Source of the DNA: Candidatus Woesearchaeota archaeon | Lineage (GTDB): Archaea; Nanobdellota; Nanobdellia; Pacearchaeales; GW2011-AR1 | Direction: 5' to 3' | NCBI GenBank assembly: GCA_964419275.1 | Contig: CAYQOY010000002.1 | Location: 6,568-70,567, forward strand | Length of the DNA stretch: 64,000 bases | Part shown: one piece after another, positions 17,722-26,466 of the stretch | Layout of the letters: each line of letters opens with the position of its first letter | Numbering within the stretch: the stretch's first letter is position 1 | The notes under the pieces: model-generated | Databases searched by the model: none | What the model was told of the DNA's origin: nothing | Seen by the model: the letters and a program-made list of their open reading frames with translations, nothing else | Translations under genes and position numbers: made by a program

Positions 17722-17775
17722 TCTTTTAATGTTTGTTCCGTTTATTTTTTAAAGCGCAAGAAACTGATTATTTTA

Positions 17776-17849
17776 CGCAAGGATGGCGAAGCGGTTAACG
17801 CGCTCGGCTGCAACCCGGGTATCCGTGGGTTCGAACCCCACTCCTTGCT
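17776..17849 (+). tRNA. tRNA-Cys (anticodon GCA)
   Basis: Hand-folded: acceptor GCAAGGA/TCCTTGC, anticodon loop CTGCAAC, T-loop TTCGAAC. 74 nt. Confidence 0.88.
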
Positions 17850-17867
17850 TTATTTTTCAGAATAGTT

Positions 17868-19202
17868 TTATTTTCGCTTTTTTAATTTTTTTAATCGGAC
17901 TTTAGCGTATCTTTTAGGTTTTTTATGTAATTTTAATAGTATCCAAACTAACAGAATTAAAATCACCATTGCAATAATCGAGATAATTAAAGGAATAACA
18001 TAAACAAAAGTAGGCATAGGATATTCTGTTTCAGAATGGGGACCAAGGGTAATCATTTGGCTAGTACTTGAAACTTGCCCGGCATATTTAACCTTTAAAT
18101 AAATAATATAATTTCCTAAAGGAAGATGATTTGGTACTTCTTTATGACGAATATAACTTAACCTTGTTCTTACTGCCATTGATTCATGGTGGCTTGTAAC
18201 AGTTTCACCTTTTTCGTTGATTAAATTATACTCGACTTCTACATCAACTTCTTCATCGATATCTCCTAAGTTGAATATTTCCACTGAGTAATATACTTCT
18301 TCTCCAGGCATAATTTGAAGATATTTTTCTGGAACATAAATTCTTACATCAAAAAGAGGACTTTTAGTTACGACTTCGATTAAAAGAGGAATACTCTTTT
18401 GGATTTTGGTGTTAGTATGAAACATCAATTCCCCTAAATATATCTCCGAAAAGATATTTTCTCTAGCAATTATGTCTATCTGAACAAGCTTAGATTGCCC
18501 AGGCTCTAGAATCAAAGTTCGCGGGGTAATTTTTAGTAATGGTTCTAAAGTAGCGGATTCGTTTAAAGTAAGAACTATTCTCTCTTTTCCATAGTTAGTT
18601 ACATTAATTGTTTTAGACTGAGTTTCTCCTTGTTGAATTCTCACAGAGATTTGTTCTTGGTTAAGCATGAATTTATATTGAGACCAAGGAAAAATTGATC
18701 CACTACTTCCTGAACGTCCACTTTCAGAAGGAATCTGGGTTTGATTGGGATTCTCTTGAACAGAATATGAGCTAAAGTTGTTTACAAGAAAAGTTAAATC
18801 TCCATCTAGGTATTCTAAAAGAATACATTCAATCTCAAGGCAAACTTGTCCATTTTTTAAGATTTGAGGGCTTTTGAAGGTTAAGTTTCTTAAAGTTAAC
18901 GTGGCAAACCGATTTAAGCCGGGGAAATAGTCTGAGTTTATTTCAATATAATTGTAAGAAATATTTATTGCTTTGCTGAGATTGATCAATCCAATTGAGA
19001 ACTCTTGATTATCTGTCAAATTAACCGGTTCATTAAATGCAATTTTTCCGTTTAAGTTATCATCTAAAATAAGACTGTCTAACTCTTGTATTTCTTCTAG
19101 AGTGTAATCAAAAATTTGGGTGGTTTCTCCTTTCTTGTCTTTTTTTCTGTTTTCAAGATGGGATTCGTCGCTAATTTCATAATCTTCATTGAAATTATCC
19201 AT
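17868..19202 (-). CDS. C-terminally membrane-anchored surface protein (Ig/CARDB-like repeats), possibly 5'-truncated
   Basis: 444 aa with beta-rich repeat-like sequence, one C-terminal TM helix and a KKPKRYAKVRLKKLKKRK tail. It has no signal peptide. The frame stays open upstream to 19433 without any start codon. Confidence 0.55.
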   Translation of the reverse strand: MDNFNEDYEISDESHLENRKKDKKGETTQIFDYTLEEIQELDSLILDDNLNGKIAFNEPVNLTDNQEFSIGLINLSKAINISYNYIEINSDYFPGLNRFATLTLRNLTFKSPQILKNGQVCLEIECILLEYLDGDLTFLVNNFSSYSVQENPNQTQIPSESGRSGSSGSIFPWSQYKFMLNQEQISVRIQQGETQSKTINVTNYGKERIVLTLNESATLEPLLKITPRTLILEPGQSKLVQIDIIARENIFSEIYLGELMFHTNTKIQKSIPLLIEVVTKSPLFDVRIYVPEKYLQIMPGEEVYYSVEIFNLGDIDEEVDVEVEYNLINEKGETVTSHHESMAVRTRLSYIRHKEVPNHLPLGNYIIYLKVKYAGQVSSTSQMITLGPHSETEYPMPTFVYVIPLIISIIAMVILILLVWILLKLHKKPKRYAKVRLKKLKKRK

Positions 19203-19589
19203 GATAAATTTTACATAGTCGGAGTTAACTACAAATGAAATCGAATCTTTACTTAAGCCATAACTATTATTTGAAAAGAGGTTTAAGGTGTGAAGCCCTT
19301 CTGAAGTATTTATGTTTCTATTTCCAGAAAGAGTAATATTTTGTTGATTGTCTAAATTATACCAATTAAGTACGCCTTCAGATTCAAATTCTAAAGGAAT
19401 TCCCTGAGTTATTAAATATGTGAGTCCTTTCCATTACTTATTATTTGTGTAATCTTCCTTATAAATATATTCATTATAAATAAAATACTTATTATTTATG
19501 TATAATCTAGAAAAGCAAGATTTTAAACAAAGAATTTAAGAATTTAGGCACTATACTTGTTTATTGAATTGTGATTAAATTGTATAAAA

Positions 19590-21395
19590 ATGGCATTTAT
19601 TGTGAAAAAAACAGTTAGCGGAAAAGAATACTACTACTTAAATGAAAACAAAAGAGTAGAGGGAAAAGTTAAAACAAAAACTCTTGCTTATCTTGGAAAA
19701 GAAAAATCAGAAGCAGAGAAAAAAGCAGCTGAAATAATTTCACAGATTGAAAAGGGAATTTTTAAAAGCGAACAATTAAAAAAAGATGAATCAACAACAA
19801 CTAAGATGGAGCCAAAAATAGAAAAAGAAAAAATTGAAACAGATGAAACTAAGCAAGTGCCTAAAGAAATTTTAGTTGATCCAAGAAAGAAGATTGATGA
19901 AATAACTAGAATAGCTTCAAGTAGGGGAATATTTTTTCAGACAGCTAATCTTTATGGGGGCAAGGCAGGATTTTTCACATATGGGCATCTTGGAAAGCAG
20001 CTCAAAATGAATTGGGAAAATCTTTGGAGAAAAAACATTGTTGGACTAGGGGATAATTTTTATGAAATTCAAAGTAATAACATTTTACCTGAGCCGGTTT
20101 TCAAAGCATCTGGGCACGTGGATAATTTTAATGATCCAATGACCGAATGCAAGAAATGTCATTTCAGATTCCGAGCAGATCAATTCTTAGAAGAAAAAGG
20201 AGTTGAGAATGCAGGAGCACTAGGGGTTAAAGAGATTGATGAAGAAATCAAGAAAAGAAATTTGAAGTGCCCTAAATGCGGAGGCAGCGAATTTTCTGAA
20301 ACCAAGCAATTCAATATGATGTTTTCTGTGAATGTTGGTTTTGAAAACGAAAAAGCTTATCTTAGCCCGGAAACAGCTCAGGGAGCTTACGTAAGTTTCA
20401 ATGAAGAATTTAAAGCAACCAGAGAAAAACTTCCTTTAGGGTTAGCAATAATTGATAAAGCTTACAGAAACGAGATTTCTCCTCGTCAAATGTTTTTCCG
20501 ATTAAGAGAGTTTAGTCAGGCAGAATTGCAAATCTTCTTTGATCCAGACGCAATCAATGAACATGAAGATTGGAATTCTGTTAAAAACGAAAAAGTTTTG
20601 CTTAAGCTCGCTCTAGAAAAAGAGATTAAAGAAATCAGTTGCCAGGAAGCAAATGAAAAATTGAAAATTCCTAAGTTTTATCTGTATCATCTTTGCAAAG
20701 TTCAGAATTTTTATTTGAATGTTATTGGAATTCCAAAAAACAAGTTTAGGTTTAGAGAACTTGATGAAAAAGAGCGCGCATTCTACAATAAAATCCATTT
20801 TGATGTTGAAGTTTATTTGGAAACTCTTGGAGGATTCAAAGAAGTCGCAGGCGTTCATTACCGAGGAGATCATGACTTAATCGGGCATCAAAATATTTCA
20901 AAAAAGAATTTAGAAGTTTCATTTAACAATAAAAAAATACTCCCGCATGTTCTTGAATTAAGCTTTGGCGTTGACAGAAATGTTTGGACTTTGCTCGATG
21001 TGTTTTATTCAATGAGAGAAGATGGAAGCATTTTCAAATTTCCCGCAGTGGTCGCTCCAGTTAAAATTGCAGTGTTCCCTTTGGTTAAAAACGACGACAA
21101 ATTGACTGATTTTGCAAGAAAAATTTATTTTGATTTGAAAGAAGATTGGAATGTTATTTATGATGCAACAGGAAGTATTGGTAGAAGATATGCAAGAAAT
21201 GATGAAGTTGGAACTCCTTTTTGTATTACAATTGATGAAGAAAGTTTGAAAAATAATGATGTAACAATCAGGATTAGGGATACAACTGAGCAGATAAGAA
21301 TTTCCGTCGATGAATTAAAAGAAGCAATAAAATTCTCTTTGAAAGGAAAAAACATTTCTGAATTCGGAGAAAAAATAAACACAAGAAAAAAATAA
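19590..21395 (+). CDS. glyS: glycyl-tRNA synthetase (archaeal/eukaryotic alpha2 type) with N-terminal extension
   Basis: The core starts near residue 100 (RGIFFQTANLYGGKAGFFTYGHLG), continues to FAQAE-like class II motifs, and ends with an anticodon-binding domain. The first 95 aa or so are extra. Confidence 0.88.
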   Translation: MAFIVKKTVSGKEYYYLNENKRVEGKVKTKTLAYLGKEKSEAEKKAAEIISQIEKGIFKSEQLKKDESTTTKMEPKIEKEKIETDETKQVPKEILVDPRKKIDEITRIASSRGIFFQTANLYGGKAGFFTYGHLGKQLKMNWENLWRKNIVGLGDNFYEIQSNNILPEPVFKASGHVDNFNDPMTECKKCHFRFRADQFLEEKGVENAGALGVKEIDEEIKKRNLKCPKCGGSEFSETKQFNMMFSVNVGFENEKAYLSPETAQGAYVSFNEEFKATREKLPLGLAIIDKAYRNEISPRQMFFRLREFSQAELQIFFDPDAINEHEDWNSVKNEKVLLKLALEKEIKEISCQEANEKLKIPKFYLYHLCKVQNFYLNVIGIPKNKFRFRELDEKERAFYNKIHFDVEVYLETLGGFKEVAGVHYRGDHDLIGHQNISKKNLEVSFNNKKILPHVLELSFGVDRNVWTLLDVFYSMREDGSIFKFPAVVAPVKIAVFPLVKNDDKLTDFARKIYFDLKEDWNVIYDATGSIGRRYARNDEVGTPFCITIDEESLKNNDVTIRIRDTTEQIRISVDELKEAIKFSLKGKNISEFGEKINTRKK

Positions 21396-21542
21396 AAGAT
21401 TTTATTTTTTTAACGATTTTTTCTTGAAAAAATATTATTTTGAATTTCTCGACGAGAAAATTATTTTGATTTTTGAAAAATACCGAAGAATTTTTAAACA
21501 TTTGATTACTGATGTTAGTAATTAAAAAAGAGGTATTAAATA

Positions 21543-21608
21543 ATGGCAGCAAAAAAGAAAGCTACAAAGAAGGTTGCAAAGAAAGCTACAAAGAAAAAGA
21601 AGAAATAA
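21543..21608 (+). CDS. 21-aa lysine-rich micro-ORF (hypothetical)
   Basis: Hand-translated: MAAKKKATKKVAKKATKKKKK, followed by a T-rich tract. Coding status is uncertain. Confidence 0.2.
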   Translation: MAAKKKATKKVAKKATKKKKK

Positions 21609-21753
21609 ATAACCTTTATTTTTTCTTAGTTTAACTTTCACAACTTTTTTTATTTTTTACAAATTGTTTTATTTTGAGGGGTTGCCTTTGGGTTAATCCC
21701 TTGTTACATTTTATTTTTAGAATCATTACTTATTTTGAATTTTAAATAAAAAA

Positions 21754-21826
21754 TGGCTGCACTGAGAGTCGAACTCAGGACCTCCTGCTCATGAGACAGG
21801 CGCTCTGCCAACTGAGCTATGCAGCC
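21754..21826 (-). tRNA. tRNA with CAU anticodon (elongator Met or Ile2)
   Basis: Hand-folded: acceptor GGCTGCA/TGCAGCC, anticodon loop CTCATGA. G1-C72 and a non-GGG anticodon stem argue against an initiator tRNA. Confidence 0.85.
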
Positions 21827-21920
21827 ATAAAGTAATATGAAAAAAACTTCTTTTAAAGGTTTTTGAAATTGAAACTTAAGAGTTTTGACCGAAATTTTAG
21901 AAAATAGCTAGATTTTTGAA

Positions 21921-22133
21921 TTATTGCATTTCTTCAAGATTTACAAGAGGCTTTTTCTCTTTTCTTCTCTTAATTCTTGTCGCAAAACCCGCTACCTGAT
22001 TTCTTATTTTTTTACTTGGCATCGTATCTCCAAGTATCTTTTTATTTTTCTCGAAATCCTCGCTGAAACCAACACCTTCTTTGATAAATGTTTCTGCAGT
22101 TTTCTTAACTAGTTTTGTTTTAATTTTACCCAT
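21921..22133 (-). CDS. rps17e: 30S ribosomal protein S17e
   Basis: MGKIKTKLVKKTAETFI... is a typical S17e N-terminus. The track ORF starts 3 codons upstream (22142). Confidence 0.85.
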   Translation of the reverse strand: MGKIKTKLVKKTAETFIKEGVGFSEDFEKNKKILGDTMPSKKIRNQVAGFATRIKRRKEKKPLVNLEEMQ

Positions 22134-22226
22134 ATTAATCATTGAGGATTGTATTTGTTATTTTTTAAGGCTTTCTATTAAGAATTTTCTAAGTTTTTCC
22201 CTTTTCAGGATATCTTTTTTTGAGGG

Positions 22227-23258
22227 TTAATCGACTCTTTCAATGCCTTGCAAGTCTTTTATTGCTTCAATTAGATTGTCTAATTTCTTGAGAGGCTCCC
22301 CTAACGCTAGAATTTTGTAAGGAACCTGCATTTCCACTGACTTTTTGTAAGCTTTGGTTATTTCCTGTTCAGTTATTTTCTTTTTGCTGTAAGCAACTAT
22401 CAAGTATTCTTTTTGATTTTCTTTTACTTTCAGCACAATTTCGGTGTTGTTAGCTTCTTCAATATCTAGAATTTCAATTCCCTTTTCAGAAAGATATGTT
22501 TTAACCTTATTGAAAAATTTGTTAGTGTTACTTTTTGGAGAAGATTTTTTATCTACTTTTTTTTCTTTTCTTGATGCAGCCTTCTTTTTATCAGTTTTTT
22601 TAACAGATTTCTTCTGAGATTTATCGAAAATGTCCTCAACTTCAACTCTTCTCGGGGTTATTTTTGTTTTTTCTAATTTGTCTTCTTGAATTTCGAGGGA
22701 CTCTTGTTGTTCTTCAAGTTCTTGTTCGTTTTCATTTTCTCTTTCATTAGAGTATTCGTCTTTAATTTCAGAAATTTCTTTAGAGTAAATTTTCTCTTGT
22801 TGTTTTTCTATTTTTCTTAGTTCTTCTTGTTTTTTAGACTCATAGAATTCTGCTTCCGGAACTTTGTAATATCTCCAGAAAATCCCTTCTTCATTTTGGA
22901 AAGGAACAGCAAAATCGCGAATTTCTCGGAGTGCAACCCTTATTGCCGGTTCCACTTCTGTGTCTTGAAGAAATCTTTGTTCTTTCAACATAACAAAAGC
23001 TTCTTTTTCTTTTTTCTTTAAAGCATGAGAAAAATTTTCCAAAAAAGTTTCCTGTCCCGGAAGGAAATATATGGGGGATGTTCCAATTCGCATATAAGAC
23101 ATTTTAATTTTTTTTTCTGAGAGTATTTCAGAGAGAAAAGCAGAAGCAAAAAGTATACTCAACCCTGTTTCTTTAGCAATATGAACAGGTAAACTAGGAC
23201 CTCTTCGCTCCAAAAAACTGATAATTTTCTCTTTTATTTCTAAAGCATTGCTTGCCAT
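22227..23258 (-). CDS. winged-helix domain protein with charged linker and a C-terminal domain of unknown family
   Basis: The N-terminus (RRGPSLPVHIAKETGLSILFASAFLSEI...MRIGTSPIYFLPGQE) looks like a wHTH. The middle is E/K-rich low-complexity sequence. The C-terminal 100 aa or so are alpha/beta. I cannot name a family. Confidence 0.5.
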   Translation of the reverse strand: MASNALEIKEKIISFLERRGPSLPVHIAKETGLSILFASAFLSEILSEKKIKMSYMRIGTSPIYFLPGQETFLENFSHALKKKEKEAFVMLKEQRFLQDTEVEPAIRVALREIRDFAVPFQNEEGIFWRYYKVPEAEFYESKKQEELRKIEKQQEKIYSKEISEIKDEYSNERENENEQELEEQQESLEIQEDKLEKTKITPRRVEVEDIFDKSQKKSVKKTDKKKAASRKEKKVDKKSSPKSNTNKFFNKVKTYLSEKGIEILDIEEANNTEIVLKVKENQKEYLIVAYSKKKITEQEITKAYKKSVEMQVPYKILALGEPLKKLDNLIEAIKDLQGIERVD

Positions 23259-23322
23259 ATTTCAAATAAAAACAAAGATGTTATAAATATTTATGTTGGA
23301 ATCAGCAAGAAATCAGCAAGGA

Positions 23323-23841
23323 TTACATCTTTATCCAAGAGCTTTCATAATAAGTCACATCCATTTCTTCATCGACAATTGCCAAAAGAAGTTTCTTTTT
23401 TGTGGAATGAGAGGTTCTGTTCTTGGAAGAAAATTCTTGCCAGTTAAAAGAATTGGATTCCGAATCCGCGAAAACAATCCAAGCAGAGTGCTTTTTTCCT
23501 GGTTTCACCCCTTTTTCATAAACTCTAAAGTCTGCTCCAAACTTAAGAGCAGTTTTTACAATATAACCTTTGTTTCTTAAATCTCGGAAAACAGGATATT
23601 TTACACTTATTCTTTTATCAATTTTTTTGAATTTGTTGAAAAGTTCGTCTTTGGAAACAGACTTGTTTTTGGACAGGATTTGTATTTTTTGCTTTTCAAC
23701 AAGGAAAAGTGCTTCAGCCAAAGAGTAAACGATTTTTCCGTCTGATTTTTCCCCAAAATTGCTTTTTTCATAAAGAGTGTAAGCTTCAGAAGAATTGCTA
23801 AAAACAGTATTTCCAATCAAATAAGCTTGAATTTTTTCCAT
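23323..23841 (-). CDS. endA: tRNA-splicing endonuclease (EndA)
   Basis: KGYIVKTALKFGADFRVYEKG...KKHSAWIV matches the catalytic C-terminal domain motif of archaeal EndA. 172 aa, the size of the homotetramer type. Confidence 0.85.
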   Translation of the reverse strand: MEKIQAYLIGNTVFSNSSEAYTLYEKSNFGEKSDGKIVYSLAEALFLVEKQKIQILSKNKSVSKDELFNKFKKIDKRISVKYPVFRDLRNKGYIVKTALKFGADFRVYEKGVKPGKKHSAWIVFADSESNSFNWQEFSSKNRTSHSTKKKLLLAIVDEEMDVTYYESSWIKM

Positions 23842-23935
23842 ATTCTATTTAGCTTTTTACATTATTTAAAAATATGTTTTAGAGTTGTTTTTCAACTGTA
23901 GAAATGTTTTAAAGCTTGACTGTAGATATTAAACC

Positions 23936-26410
23936 ATGGAAAATTCTGAGACAAAAGAATTGGATTTTGCCAAGATTGAAAAGAAATGGCAAGATAAATG
24001 GGAAAAAGCTCATGCTTTCAAATCAGAGGAAAATTCCAAGAAAAAAAAATATTATGTTCTGGAGATGTATCCTTACCCCTCTGCTAGCTTTTTGCACATG
24101 GGGCATGTTAGAAATTATACTATTGGAGATGTTTATGCAAGATTCAAAAGAATGAGTGGATTTAACGTTCTTTATCCCATGGGTTATGATTCTTTCGGGC
24201 TTCCTGCTGAAACAGCTTCAAAAAAGGAAGGAATTCATCCAAAGAAATATGCTGAAAATTCAATAAAGAAGATTAGTGAATATTTCCGAGCTTTGGGAAC
24301 TAGTTATGACTGGGGTAAAACTCTTGCAAGCCATGAACCAGAATATTATAAGTGGAATCAATATTTCTTTTTGAAATTATTTGAAAAAGGCTTAGCTTAC
24401 AGAAAAAAAGCACCTATCAATTGGTGTGAGAATTGTGCTTCTGTTTTGGCAAATGAAGAAGCAGAAGGGGGAGAATGCTGGCGTTGTGGGAAAGAAGTTG
24501 TAAAAAAAGATTTAGAACAATGGTTTTTTAAAATCACAGATTATGCTGATAGGCTTTTAGAAGATTTGGAAAAGATAGACTGGCCAGAGAAGATAAAAAC
24601 CATGCAAAGAAACTGGATTGGGAAATCTCCCGGGACAGAAGTTTTGTTTGAAATTAATGGAGAAAAATGGCCGATTTTCACAACTCGTCCAGATACTATT
24701 TTTGGAGTAACATTCATGGTTGTTTCTGCTCAGCATCCGAGATTGTTGGAATTAACCACGAAATCGCAGAAAAAAGAAATTGAATCTTTAATTGAAAAAA
24801 GCAAAAAAGCAAAGACTTCTGAAGAAATGGAAAAACTTGAAAAAGTAGGGGTATTCACTGGGAGTTATGCAATAAATCCAGCTAATGGAGAAAAAATTCC
24901 TGTTTGGGCTGGGAATTTTGTTGTCGCAGATTACGGTGCAGGAATGGTTATGGCTGTGCCGGCTCATGATTCCCGAGATTTCGACTTCGCCAAAAAATAC
25001 AAACTCCCTATTAGATTTGTAATTGAAGGCAAAACCAAAAATAAGGATTCTGAATGTTATTTGGGAAATGGAAAATTAATCAATTCCAAAGAATTTAATG
25101 GGCTTGATAATGAAGAAGCCAAAGAAAAAATAATTGATTCTTTGAAGAAAAAGAAACTTGGAAAGAAGATGGTAAATTACAAGATTCGAGATTGGCTTAT
25201 TTCTAGGCAAAGGTATTGGGGAACACCTATTCCAATGATTTACTGCGATAAGTGCGGAATTGTTCCTGTTCCAGAAAAAGATTTGCCGGTGTTACTTCCT
25301 GAAAAGGTTGATTTTAAATCTTCAAATCCTTTATTTAAATGTAGAGAATTTGTTGAAGTCAAATGCCCTAAATGTAAATCTAAAGCAAGAAGAGAAACAG
25401 ATACGATGGGGGGATTTGTTGATTCTTCTTGGTATTTTATGAGATATTGCGATAATAAAAACAAAGAAAAACCATTTGACAAAAAGAAAGTAGAACATTG
25501 GATGCCGGTTGACCAATATATTGGAGGTGCAGAGCACGCAGTTATGCATCTTCTTTATGCTAGATTCTTTGTTAAAGTCTTGAAAGATTTGGGATACATT
25601 ACCTTTGATGAACCTTTTTCTAGATTATTCAATCAAGGAATTGTTTACAAAGACGGAGCTAAGATGTCAAAAAGCAAAGGAAACGTTGTTTACCAAACTG
25701 AAATTTCTGAGAAATATGGGATTGATACTGCAAGATTATTTTTGATGTTTGTTTCTTCTCCAGACAAGCAAATGGAATGGAGCGATAGTGGTGTTGAAGG
25801 AGCTTATAGAATAATAAATCGGATAATAAGAATGTCAAATAAAATCAAAAAAATAAAACAAGAAGCAAAAACAGAAAGTAAATTCAACTTAAATTTGAAA
25901 AAGATGATAGAACTACTTGAAAACTTTGATTATCCTAAAGCAATAATTTGTGCAACTAGTTATTTGGAGCATTTGGAAAAGTTGCAGGAAGTTCCAAAAG
26001 AGTCTTATGAAAATTTGCTTAAGATGTTCTCTCCTTTCTGTCCTCATACAACAGAAGAATTGTGGGAAAAAATAGGCAACAAGGGTTTCATTAGTTTAGA
26101 ACAATGGCCAAAAGTTGACGAATCTAAAATTAATGAAGAATTTGAAAAACAAGAGCAAGCAATTGAAAAAATAATTTTAGATTTAAATCAAGTAATAAAA
26201 ATTGTATCTGAAAAAGGAAAAACTCCCGCAAAAGTTTATCTTTATGTAATGCCTAACGAAAAGGATTGGATGTTCCATCAGAGAGATTTCATTAAAGAAA
26301 AAGTTGGGCTTGAATTAAAGATTTTTGCAGTAAACGACAAAGATAAGTATGATCCTGAAGAAAAATCTAAGAAAGCAAAACCGGGAAAGCCAGGTATTTA
26401 CCTTGAATAA
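23936..26410 (+). CDS. leuS: leucyl-tRNA synthetase, bacterial-type
   Basis: MYPYPSASFLHMGHVRNYTIGDVYARFKR and the KMSKS motif (AKMSKSKGN). 824 aa. The N-terminal signature matches the bacterial LeuRS consensus (MFPYPSG.LHMGHVRNYTIGDV). Confidence 0.9.
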   Translation: MENSETKELDFAKIEKKWQDKWEKAHAFKSEENSKKKKYYVLEMYPYPSASFLHMGHVRNYTIGDVYARFKRMSGFNVLYPMGYDSFGLPAETASKKEGIHPKKYAENSIKKISEYFRALGTSYDWGKTLASHEPEYYKWNQYFFLKLFEKGLAYRKKAPINWCENCASVLANEEAEGGECWRCGKEVVKKDLEQWFFKITDYADRLLEDLEKIDWPEKIKTMQRNWIGKSPGTEVLFEINGEKWPIFTTRPDTIFGVTFMVVSAQHPRLLELTTKSQKKEIESLIEKSKKAKTSEEMEKLEKVGVFTGSYAINPANGEKIPVWAGNFVVADYGAGMVMAVPAHDSRDFDFAKKYKLPIRFVIEGKTKNKDSECYLGNGKLINSKEFNGLDNEEAKEKIIDSLKKKKLGKKMVNYKIRDWLISRQRYWGTPIPMIYCDKCGIVPVPEKDLPVLLPEKVDFKSSNPLFKCREFVEVKCPKCKSKARRETDTMGGFVDSSWYFMRYCDNKNKEKPFDKKKVEHWMPVDQYIGGAEHAVMHLLYARFFVKVLKDLGYITFDEPFSRLFNQGIVYKDGAKMSKSKGNVVYQTEISEKYGIDTARLFLMFVSSPDKQMEWSDSGVEGAYRIINRIIRMSNKIKKIKQEAKTESKFNLNLKKMIELLENFDYPKAIICATSYLEHLEKLQEVPKESYENLLKMFSPFCPHTTEELWEKIGNKGFISLEQWPKVDESKINEEFEKQEQAIEKIILDLNQVIKIVSEKGKTPAKVYLYVMPNEKDWMFHQRDFIKEKVGLELKIFAVNDKDKYDPEEKSKKAKPGKPGIYLE

Positions 26411-26466
26411 ACGAAATTTTTTATTGCAATAGTTAGCTTTTTATAATTTATTTACTAATTGTTTAA

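Noticed and set aside
16033-17775. Integrated provirus or integrative element at tRNA-Arg
   Set aside because: There is no integrase, no capsid or replication genes, and no direct repeat of the tRNA 3' end at the other border. Only a single cargo-like gene is present, so at most it is a remnant. It is kept as a finding, not called as a mobile element.
23916-24155. 79-aa ORF overlapping the leuS start in another frame
   Set aside because: The leuS frame is strongly supported by conserved motifs starting at 23936. The alternative frame has no recognisable features.
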